From: Candidatus Latescibacterota bacterium
GTDB taxonomy: Bacteria > Latescibacterota > UBA2968 > UBA8231
DNA: 64,000 nt
Assembly (NCBI GenBank): GCA_964291625.2
Contig: OZ220089.1
Location: 640,001-704,000, forward strand
Direction of reading: 5' to 3'
Below the pieces are notes generated by a model. The model saw nothing but the letters and a program-made list of their open reading frames with translations. It had not been told where the DNA came from and did no database searches. Shown piece by piece: positions 50,898 through 58,804 of the stretch (its first letter is position 1; every line of letters begins with the position of its first letter). Both the position numbers and the translations under genes were made by a program.

Positions 50898-52769
50898 ATG
50901 TTGCACGCCATGGCGCCCGATCAGCCCCTCCTCCTGCGGACCCGCCTCTCCCTGTGCCTCGTGGCCGCCGCCGGGATGCTCGCACTCGCCGCCCTTCCCG
51001 CCGGCGCGGAGACCCTGCACAAGGGGCCGGGCCTGCTGCTCGAGGACCGCGACGGCCGCATCTACGCCGCGGTCCCCGGTCCGGCGGCCGTGGTCATCCG
51101 GGGCGGCGACGAGGACCGCTGGGAAGTCCTCGCCGAGGGCCGCCTCGGGGGCCTGCAGGTCACCCCCGACGGCGACCTGTGGATGGCCCTCGGGGACGAG
51201 GTCCTCCGCTACCCGCGGGCCGGGGGCGCCCCCGTATCCCGGACGCCGTCCTTCCGTCCGGAGGGGCCGCCGGGGCGGATGCTGGCCACCCGCTGGGGAG
51301 ACGTCTGGTGCGCCGGCTGCGCCGACGTGCGGCTGGGCGACGCCATGTTCCAGGCCGCGCCCCTGGCCCCGCCGGGGTGGGAGGTCACGCCGGTCTGCGA
51401 CGACCCCTTCGGCAACGTCTGGGCCGTGGCCGCGCACGGCGAGCGGCTGGACCTGGCCGTGCTCAGCGACCGGGGCCCCCACGCCTGGCAGCTCCTCGAC
51501 CTGCCCGCCGACCTTCTCGCCGGCCCGTGGTGGGACGCCGCCACCGACGACGCCGGCTTCGTCTGGGCGGCGGTGGACAACTCCCTCGTGCGCGCCGACG
51601 CGCGCTCCGCCGGCCACCGCTCCTTCGCCAATCCCGCCGACTCCCCCATCACCGCCATCGGCCGCGGCGGCGGCCAACTGCTGGTGGGCTTCGCCGACGG
51701 CAGCCTGCGGGAGCTGGTGGTGAACGCCGACGATCCTCCCGAGTGGCGGGACGTGCTGCCGGCCGGGGAGGGTCCGGTGCAGGCCCTGCTCCACGCCGGC
51801 TCCGGCGGTCTGTGGGTGCTCAGGGCGGGAGAGGTCCAGCGCTTCGCCGATCTCGAGAAGCCCTGGCACGAGCACTGGGAGGAACTGCCCTTCATGCCGG
51901 CGGGCAACCACGACAACATCTTCGCCCGCATCGGCGACCGCCTCTACACCGCCGGCGGCAAGACCTTCTTCGGCTGGCCCGCCGACGAGTGGGTCAACCT
52001 CGACCACGTCTGGTCCTACGACATCCCCTCCGGCACCTGGCGCGTGGAGGCGCCCATGCTGGAGCCGGGCAAGGCCTACTCCGGCATCGCCGTCCTCGAT
52101 GACGAGCTGTGGCTCCTGGGGGGCCTCTTCCGCCACGGCGAGGGCGACGCCACGCGGCCCACGGCGACGGTGGAGATCTTCGATCCGGCCACGCAGCGCT
52201 ACCGTCTCGGCCCGCCCCTGCCCCAGAAGGCCGGCCAGGTGGTGGCCCTGAGCACCGGGGGGCGGCTCTACGGCGTCGGCGGCTCCGCCGAGGAAGGCCA
52301 CCTGGCGCAGCTGCTCAGCATCGGCCCCGGGGAGTCGGACTGGCGCGTCGACGCGCCGCCCCCCGGCACGGTCTACCAGGCCAGCGGCTGCGTCCTGAAC
52401 GGCCGGCTCTACATCGCCGCGGGACCGAAGAGCCAGTGTCCCGGCCTGTTCATCTACGACCCCGGGCGAGACGAGTGGAGCGAGGTGGACCACCCGGTCA
52501 AGGCGCCCAATGCCCCCCTGTGCACGGCCTTCGAGAATCGCGTCTGGGTGCTGGGCGGGCGCGCCGACGGGGGCCGCACCGAGAGCTACGCCTACGACCC
52601 GAGCAGCGGCGAGTGGACCCGGGGCCCGGACCTGCCCCTCGAGCTGAGCTGGGCGGCGGCGGCCGACGCCGACGGCCGGCTGCTGATCGCCGGCGGGGCG
52701 TTCTGGGACGACCGCGTCAACGATGTGCTCAACACCGACCGGGTCTTCCTGATGCGGGCGGGCCCGTAG
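50898..52769 (+). CDS. secreted double beta-propeller protein with C-terminal Kelch repeats
   Basis: GGAGG RBS, signal peptide; D..G.VW repeats then Kelch motifs (LYTAGG, LWLLGG, YDP...W). Confidence 0.85.
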   Translation: MLHAMAPDQPLLLRTRLSLCLVAAAGMLALAALPAGAETLHKGPGLLLEDRDGRIYAAVPGPAAVVIRGGDEDRWEVLAEGRLGGLQVTPDGDLWMALGDEVLRYPRAGGAPVSRTPSFRPEGPPGRMLATRWGDVWCAGCADVRLGDAMFQAAPLAPPGWEVTPVCDDPFGNVWAVAAHGERLDLAVLSDRGPHAWQLLDLPADLLAGPWWDAATDDAGFVWAAVDNSLVRADARSAGHRSFANPADSPITAIGRGGGQLLVGFADGSLRELVVNADDPPEWRDVLPAGEGPVQALLHAGSGGLWVLRAGEVQRFADLEKPWHEHWEELPFMPAGNHDNIFARIGDRLYTAGGKTFFGWPADEWVNLDHVWSYDIPSGTWRVEAPMLEPGKAYSGIAVLDDELWLLGGLFRHGEGDATRPTATVEIFDPATQRYRLGPPLPQKAGQVVALSTGGRLYGVGGSAEEGHLAQLLSIGPGESDWRVDAPPPGTVYQASGCVLNGRLYIAAGPKSQCPGLFIYDPGRDEWSEVDHPVKAPNAPLCTAFENRVWVLGGRADGGRTESYAYDPSSGEWTRGPDLPLELSWAAAADADGRLLIAGGAFWDDRVNDVLNTDRVFLMRAGP

Positions 52770-52853
52770 TCGGAAGGGCAAGACCCGGCACCGAAGATTT
52801 CGCCCAGGGCGGCGATGCTTCTCAGGCGGCTTCCGACGGTCGGTCTCGGACCG

Positions 52854-54194
52854 TTACTCCCACAGGCGGGGAATCGGAACGGCGTACAGGCCGTCTCCGA
52901 AGGGGACGGTGGTCTCTCCGTCGTACAGCACGACTCCCTGGCGGAAACGGTCGCCCGCGACGCCCCGCAGCTTCCGGAGCCCGTTGAAATCGCTGCGCCT
53001 GACGGTCGCCGATGCCTTGACCTCGACACCGGCGATGGCGTGCGAGCCCTGCTCCATCACGATGTCCACCTCCACTCCATCCCTGTCCCGGAAGTGGGAG
53101 AACTCGACGGGAACGTCCTGCCAGCTGCCCTGCCTCCGCAGTTCCTGGAAGACGAACGTCTCGAGGAGTTGCCCCAGCAGGGAACGATCCGCCGCCAGCT
53201 GCGCGGGACCGAGGCCGAGAAGCGCGGTGGCCAGACCCGTGTCTCCGAGGTGGAGCTTGGGAGTCTTGACCAGACGGCTCAGACGATTGCTGTGCCAGGG
53301 CGGGAGTCTCTCGAGAAGGAACAGGCGTTCGAGAAGCGTGACGTACTCCCCGATCGTGGGACGGCTGAGCTGGAACGGCGCGGCCAGATCGGAGAGGTTG
53401 AAGATCCGGCCCGTCTGCGAGGCGGCAGCGCGCAGGAGTGGCGGGAGGGTCTCGAGCGATCTGATGCGGGCCAGGTCGCGCACGTCGCGTTGAACCAGTG
53501 TCTCGACGTAGTCGCGATACCAGTTGGCCTGTCGCCGAGGGGTGGGCCGCGCCAGCGCCGGCGGGAATCCGCCGGCGACGATGAGCTCTGCCAGTCGCGA
53601 ACCGAGCCTGCGGGTCTGAACGATCTTGAACCCCTCCCCGAACAGGTCGGCTACGAATCCCCTGCCCGGATTCGGTGGGATCACGGAAGACCGCGACGCC
53701 ACTTCGTACCGCGACAGCGGATGGAGTCGGACGATCTGCAGCCGTCCGGCAAGGGACTCGGAGAGGGCCGGCAGGAGCAGGACGTTGGTGGAGCCGGCAA
53801 GGATGAATCGGCCGGGTACCCGGTTCCGGTCGACTTCGAGCTTCAGGGCCGGGAAGAGCTCTGGAACGAGCTGAATCTCGTCCAGGATGACGCGTTCCGG
53901 GAGGCCGGCGACAAACCCGGCGGGGTCCGCTCGAGCGCCGTCCCTCGCGATGGCATCGTCGAAGCTGATGTATCCGTAGTCCCGCTGCTGCCGTGACACT
54001 CCCCAACTCAGCCGTTCCTCCCCCCACAGCAAGTATTCGCCACGCCACGTGAGGTAGTCCGGCGCATAGGCGTACTGGGCGAGTGTCGTCTTGCCGCACT
54101 GGCGCGGGCCGTGGATGAGTACGACCGGCGAGTCCTCCAGGGCCTCGGCGAGGCGGGGCTCGATGAGTCGCGGATAGAAGGTCTGTTCGGACAT
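52854..54194 (-). CDS. AAA_14 ATPase + DUF4143
   Basis: GPRQCGKTT, ILDEIQ, LAGR, GGFP, KTPKLHLGDTG, ETFVFQEL, FRDRDGVEVD...GVEVK. Confidence 0.93.
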   Translation of the reverse strand: MSEQTFYPRLIEPRLAEALEDSPVVLIHGPRQCGKTTLAQYAYAPDYLTWRGEYLLWGEERLSWGVSRQQRDYGYISFDDAIARDGARADPAGFVAGLPERVILDEIQLVPELFPALKLEVDRNRVPGRFILAGSTNVLLLPALSESLAGRLQIVRLHPLSRYEVASRSSVIPPNPGRGFVADLFGEGFKIVQTRRLGSRLAELIVAGGFPPALARPTPRRQANWYRDYVETLVQRDVRDLARIRSLETLPPLLRAAASQTGRIFNLSDLAAPFQLSRPTIGEYVTLLERLFLLERLPPWHSNRLSRLVKTPKLHLGDTGLATALLGLGPAQLAADRSLLGQLLETFVFQELRRQGSWQDVPVEFSHFRDRDGVEVDIVMEQGSHAIAGVEVKASATVRRSDFNGLRKLRGVAGDRFRQGVVLYDGETTVPFGDGLYAVPIPRLWE

Positions 54195-54216
54195 CGAGGG
54201 GATTCCCGGTGCGACT

Positions 54217-54302
54217 TCGGCTGATCGCAAGGTTCGGGGTCGGCCAATTGTAACCTCAAATAGCGGCTAATTGCAAGTTTCAGTGTCGGCTGATCGAAAG
54301 GT
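54217..54302 (-). repeat. 4 direct repeats with exact 23-bp period upstream of the AAA gene
   Basis: tcggctgatcgcaa (54217), tcggccaattgtaa (54240), gcggctaattgcaa (54263), tcggctgatcgaaa (54286). Confidence 0.8.
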
Positions 54303-54346
54303 AACGGCCTTGCGGGCGGCTGGAACTGGCCCGGGCGTGGTATGCC

Positions 54347-54535
54347 GCCGAACGCTCCCCTGGGCACGGCCTTCGAGGATCGCGTCCGAGTGCTGGGCGG
54401 GCGCGCCGACGGGGGCGCACCGAGAGCTACGCCTACGACCCGGCCAGCGGCGAGTGGGCGCGGGGCCCGGACCTGCCCCTGGAGCTGAGCCGGGCGGCGG
54501 CGGCCGACGCCGACGGCCGGATGCGGGCGGTAGTC
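54347..54535 (+). repeat. diverged, internally deleted copy of the Kelch gene 3' end (52505..52771)
   Basis: gcacggccttcgag.atcgcgtc...gagagctacgcctacgaccc...gccgacgccgacggccgg, then jumps to atgcgggcgg(tag)tc at the original stop. Confidence 0.92.
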
Positions 54536-54897
54536 AGCGCGGCCAGCAGCATGGGCAGGGACCGCAGTTCCCGCTTCAGGGGATCCAGCACGTAGCCCAG
54601 GGCCTCGAGGGTGACCACACCGAGAAGATTGCTGTCGCCGGGTTCGCCGAAGACGACCGGCGCGGCCCCCCGGTGCTCCTTGTAGCGGAACAAAGCGTCG
54701 CCCAGGGGACGTTCGATCTGGTCGCCGTTGGCCAGGGTAAAGGTCCGGCTCGAGTGCGGCTCGATGCCCAGCTCCTCCAGGAGCGTCCGCTGCACTACCG
54801 AGTAGACGGCCCCCGAGTCGATCAGGAACCGCTCGCTGCGGAACTCCTCCGGCCGGGCGGGAGAGGCGATGTCGATAGCGAGATATGTGAGTCCCAC
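54433..54897 (-). CDS. clan AA (retropepsin-like) aspartyl protease
   Basis: GTG after GGAGG; FLIDSGAVYSV, FTLANG, LLGVVTLEALG.VLDP. Confidence 0.88.
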   Translation of the reverse strand: MGLTYLAIDIASPARPEEFRSERFLIDSGAVYSVVQRTLLEELGIEPHSSRTFTLANGDQIERPLGDALFRYKEHRGAAPVVFGEPGDSNLLGVVTLEALGYVLDPLKRELRSLPMLLAALTTARIRPSASAAAARLSSRGRSGPRAHSPLAGS

Positions 54898-54972
54898 GTG
54901 AGAGCCTCCATCACTGGCATCCATGGGCGTCGGGTTTACCTATCTTCGCCTTCGAAGCCGCGAAGTCAAGTC

Positions 54973-55153
54973 CCCGCCAGCGTGGCCTCCATCACGGCAT
55001 CCACCACCGCCCGCAGGGCCTCCTCGGGCGTCGCCCCCGCCTCCAACGCCTCCCGGTAGCAGGCCGCCTGCCTGTGGGAGCTGGTCCCCCGCTCGACGAT
55101 GGTGCTGACGTGCTCCACCTCGGCGAGGCTCCCGAGGTGCTCGGCGTCCTCCC
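54973..55153 (-). repeat. diverged copy of the carboxylate-amine ligase 3' end (56759..56939)
   Basis: Copy encodes EDAEHLGSLAEVEHVSTIVERGTSSHRQAACYREALEAGATPEEALRAVVDAVMEATLAG vs original EDAEHFGCVAEVEHARTIVERGTSSHMQAACYREALAAGATPEEALRAVVDAVMEATLAG. Confidence 0.95.
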
Positions 55154-55246
55154 CGACAAGGCGATTTTCTTTTCGAACGGACAGTACCTGACCGGTTGGC
55201 ACGTAGATTTGCCGGACTTTCTCGCCATTCCCAGAGGAGGGATGCC

Positions 55247-55477
55247 ATGAAGAGGATACTGATGGTCCTGCTGGCCGCCGTGACTATCACCGTAGACGGA
55301 GGCTGTGGTTTCCTGGATCTCAGTCTGAGCAGCGGGTCGGACGGTGGCGGATCGGACGGCAGCGGATCGGACGGCAGCGGGTCGGACGGCGGTGGGTCAG
55401 GCGGTGGGTCAGGTGGCGGCTCGGGCGGCGGGTCGGGCGGCGGCGGCGGGTCGGGCGGCGGCGGCGGGTCGGCCTGA
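55247..55477 (+). CDS. small exported Gly/Ser-rich repeat protein
   Basis: GAGGAGG RBS; MKRILMVLLAAVTI signal-like N-terminus, one Cys, then GSDG[GS] and GGGS repeats. Confidence 0.55.
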   Translation: MKRILMVLLAAVTITVDGGCGFLDLSLSSGSDGGGSDGSGSDGSGSDGGGSGGGSGGGSGGGSGGGGGSGGGGGSA

Positions 55478-55489
55478 GAAGCAACCGGG

Positions 55490-55696
55490 TTGGGTAACTC
55501 CTTCGACTTCGCCTTCCAGACCCGCATCGACAAGGGCCGGATCGACCTGTTGGCCACCTCCGGGTGCGTGCGCCGCAAGGAGGTGGTGCTGCTGTGGGGC
55601 CCCGGGCGTGGGCAGGTCCCGCTCGCGGCCGGACTGGGCGTCAAGAAGGACTGTCGTGTCGCCAAGCAACTCCACACTCGGGTGAAGGTGGCGTAG
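55490..55696 (+). pseudogene. istB: IS21-family IstB helper ATPase fragment
   Basis: FDFAFQTRIDKGRIDLLAT...KEVVLLWGP...LAAGLGVK; Walker A destroyed. Confidence 0.75.
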
Positions 55697-55737
55697 GGGT
55701 AAGCCTCTGGAGACGAGGCGATATGGAGGAGTTGCCC

Positions 55738-56694
55738 GTGCAGCCAGGATCGGTTTGCCATGTCCTTCGATACTCTCGAAGGGTTCTTCTCATCCTCGTA
55801 CTTGCAGCTGTCTCGACGCCTGCTGCTCAACCTGACTCATCGAAGACGCGGCAACAGGAAGTCGATCTCAAGCGCCTGGGCTATACAGGTGCCGGTGCTG
55901 CTGGTCTGCATTGGTACGGCTTCCGGCATCTTGAGAGAAACTGGTGGCAAGGGGAAAAGGTCCCTCTCCGCCTGGTTCACGATTGGTCTGGTGATTCCTA
56001 TCTCAATCTGGACCACGCCAGTCACTTCATGTGGGGGCTCTTTCTCGCGCAAGCCACAGGCGATCTCTACCACTGGATAGGCTTTTCTCAGCGCACCGCA
56101 GCTCTGCTCGGCTCTCTCAGCAGCATAGCCGAGATGTTCTATGTCGAGTACCGCGACGGGAGATATGGTCACTGGGGTTTCAGCACTCCCGATGCCACGG
56201 CCGATGTGCTCGGCGCACTGGTTCCCCTGATCCACGCAAGTATTCCGGCGACTCGAATCGTCCAGTTCAAGCTCAGCTACTTCCCCTCCCCGCTCTTTCG
56301 CTATGGACACGCACGCCAGGCTGATGGACACCCGTATGTCCTCTCGTTCATGGACGACTACGAGGGGATGACGTTCTGGATGGTGATGGACCCCAGGCCC
56401 CTGCTACCGAGGCATGCCGCCGGGCGGTGGCCCGATTGGCTGGGAGTGGCGGTAGGGGTCGGGGCTCAGGGACTGCACGGCTATGGCCGCACAAGCCGCG
56501 GTCCCGACCGCTGGTATCCCGACATGCCGGATGCGCAGCGCGAGATCTACCTCTCGCTGGACTTCGACTTCGCGCATTCGTTGGCCAATTTCGAAGTACT
56601 TCGCAGGTTCACGCCCTACTTCCGTCTCCTCCGCTTTCCCACCCCCGCCCTTCGCATTCACCCCACGCCGACCCTCTACCTGTTCTATTTCTGA
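55738..56694 (+). CDS. YfiM/DUF2279-like exported or outer-membrane protein
   Basis: GTG after GGAGGAG; LNLDHASH, VEYRDG, WGFS, DDYEGMTFW, REIYLSLDFD, terminal F; lower GC. Confidence 0.75.
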   Translation: MQPGSVCHVLRYSRRVLLILVLAAVSTPAAQPDSSKTRQQEVDLKRLGYTGAGAAGLHWYGFRHLERNWWQGEKVPLRLVHDWSGDSYLNLDHASHFMWGLFLAQATGDLYHWIGFSQRTAALLGSLSSIAEMFYVEYRDGRYGHWGFSTPDATADVLGALVPLIHASIPATRIVQFKLSYFPSPLFRYGHARQADGHPYVLSFMDDYEGMTFWMVMDPRPLLPRHAAGRWPDWLGVAVGVGAQGLHGYGRTSRGPDRWYPDMPDAQREIYLSLDFDFAHSLANFEVLRRFTPYFRLLRFPTPALRIHPTPTLYLFYF

Positions 56695-56754
56695 CCGCCG
56701 TGGCTGTTCTCACGCTGGTTGGGGTCGGGCGTCCCTGATGCAGTCGACCCGTCG

Positions 56755-57888
56755 TCAGCCCGCCAGCGTGGCCTCCATCACCGCATCCACCACCGCCCGC
56801 AGGGCCTCCTCGGGCGTCGCCCCCGCCGCCAACGCCTCCCGGTAGCACGCCGCCTGCATGTGGGAGCTGGTCCCCCGCTCGACGATGGTGCGGGCGTGCT
56901 CCACCTCGGCGACGCAGCCGAAGTGCTCGGCGTCCTCCCTCACCAGCTCCAGCAGCTCGTCCATCAGCTGCGGGAAGGGAACGATCTCGCCGCGGCCGAA
57001 GTCGACCATCCCTTCGTCGATGCCGTAGCGCTGGGCCCGCCAGCGGTTCTCGTCGACCAGGGTGCGGGTGTAGATCCGCCAGCGCTGGTTGTCGCGGCGC
57101 AGCCGGTAGAGCATGCGGCAGATGCAGCGGAAGAGGGCGGTGCAGCAGAGGGCGTCCTCCAGGCGGGTGCAGACGTCGGTGACCCGCATCTCGAGGGTGG
57201 GGAAGCGGGCGCTCGGGCGCACGTCCCACCACAGCTTGGTGGCGTCCTCGATCAGGCCCGCCGCGGTCATGAGCTCCACCGTGCGCCGGTACTCGTCGTG
57301 GCTCTCGAAGCGCTCGGGCAGGCCGGTCCGGGGCAGCTCGTCGAAGACGCACAGGCGGTAGGACTGCAGGCCCGTCTCCGTGCCCTCCCAGAAGGGCGAG
57401 GAGGTGCTCAGGGCCAGCAGGTGGGGCAGGAAGTAGGAGACCTGGTTGAGGATGTCGACGCGCAGCTCGTCGTCCTCGAGGCCCACGTGGACGTGCATGC
57501 CGCAGATGAGCAGGCGCTGGGCGACGACCTGCATGTCCTGGTGCAGGATGTTGTAGCGCGGCTTGTCGGTGTGCTTCTGGTCCCGCCAGCGGGCGAAGGG
57601 ATGGGTCGAGGCGGCGATCAGCCCGAGGCCGTGGCCGCCGGCGATCCCGGCCACGGTGCGCCGCAGGTGCTCCAGGTCGGCGCGGATCTCGGCCGTGGAG
57701 TCGCGCACCGGGGTGCCGACCTCGACCTGGGGCCGCAGGAACTCGGGGCTGAAGTGGGCGCCGAGCTCCTGCTCGAAGCGGTCGAGCAGCTCCGCCGGCG
57801 GCTCGCTCACCAGGTCCCGCGTGTTCCGGTCGACGAGGAGGTACTCCTCTTCCACGCCGAGGCTGAAGGTAGGCTCGCGCAGGGCCAT
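56755..57888 (-). CDS. carboxylate-amine ligase (YbdK/GCS2 family)
   Basis: FSLGVEEEYLLVD, ASTHPF, CGMHVHVG, SSPFW, WWDVRPS..FPTLEMRVTD. Confidence 0.95.
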   Translation of the reverse strand: MALREPTFSLGVEEEYLLVDRNTRDLVSEPPAELLDRFEQELGAHFSPEFLRPQVEVGTPVRDSTAEIRADLEHLRRTVAGIAGGHGLGLIAASTHPFARWRDQKHTDKPRYNILHQDMQVVAQRLLICGMHVHVGLEDDELRVDILNQVSYFLPHLLALSTSSPFWEGTETGLQSYRLCVFDELPRTGLPERFESHDEYRRTVELMTAAGLIEDATKLWWDVRPSARFPTLEMRVTDVCTRLEDALCCTALFRCICRMLYRLRRDNQRWRIYTRTLVDENRWRAQRYGIDEGMVDFGRGEIVPFPQLMDELLELVREDAEHFGCVAEVEHARTIVERGTSSHMQAACYREALAAGATPEEALRAVVDAVMEATLAG

Positions 57889-58679
57889 CAGGGCAGGACC
57901 TCCTCCAGGACCTCGGCCAGGATCCGCTCGCAGCGCGCGATCCCGTCGTCGGCGGCGAGCAGGTCCTCGCGGATCTCGATCATGGCGTTGGGGAGCCCGG
58001 CCGGCGCGGCGTGGTGGCCGTTGGAGAAGGCGCCGTGGTCGCGCCCGGAGTAGGGCTCGTTGTCGCCGACGATCAGTCCCGGCCGCCGGCGCAGGGCCTC
58101 GATCAGGGGCCGGGCGATGCGGGCGTCGCGGTCCCAGAGGACGCCGAAGTGCCAGGGGCGCGCCATGCCGTTCATGTTGGGGGTGAAAGTGTGTAGGGCG
58201 ACGTAGGCCGGGGCCTCCCCCCGCGAGCGGACGCGCCCGAGGACCTCGGCGATCGCCTCGTGGTAGGGATGGAACAGCTCCCGGGCCCGCCGCTCCGCCT
58301 CCTCCGGCGTGAGGCCCTGGTTGCCGGGGACGGGGGTGCCGTCGCTCTCGGACAGGATCGACTCCGGATGGCCGGGACTGCGGTTGCAGTCGATGACCAG
58401 GCGGGAGTAGCCGGAGAGCACGGCGGGGGCGTCGAAGCGCCGCGACAGCCGGCGGGCCAGCTCGGCGGCGCCCGCGTCCCAGCCGATGTGGCGGCGCAGG
58501 TCGGCCGGGTCGAGCCCCAGGCCGTCCAGGGCCGCGGGCACGGCGTGGGAGGCGTGGTCGCAGGTGAGCACCATCGAGCCCCGGCCTTCGGGGTTGACGA
58601 CCTCGAAGGGCGGTGGATCGCCGTCGGCCAGCAACCCGGCTCTACCTGGCGACGACCTGTCCAAGTACTCGTGTCTCAC
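57888..58679 (-). CDS. N-formylglutamate amidohydrolase family
   Basis: LTCDHAS, HIGWDAG, YSRLVIDCNR, FHPYH, LHTFTP, GDNEPY, IEIREDL. Confidence 0.92.
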   Translation of the reverse strand: MRHEYLDRSSPGRAGLLADGDPPPFEVVNPEGRGSMVLTCDHASHAVPAALDGLGLDPADLRRHIGWDAGAAELARRLSRRFDAPAVLSGYSRLVIDCNRSPGHPESILSESDGTPVPGNQGLTPEEAERRARELFHPYHEAIAEVLGRVRSRGEAPAYVALHTFTPNMNGMARPWHFGVLWDRDARIARPLIEALRRRPGLIVGDNEPYSGRDHGAFSNGHHAAPAGLPNAMIEIREDLLAADDGIARCERILAEVLEEVLP

Positions 58680-58804
58680 TTCTCGCTCCCCAAGCTCATG
58701 TCGGGCTCGGCAGCGGTCCCGAAGCCGCCGCCCCCCAAAAGGGTACACGGAGATCGCCCGGTGAGGAAAGCGCGAACCTCCCTCCGGCTCTCTGGCGCCT
58801 CTCG

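Noticed and set aside
55490-55696. Active IS21 element or CRISPR-associated transposon
   Set aside because: Only a short degenerate istB fragment, with no istA, terminal repeats or Tn7-like genes, and 12 kb from the array.
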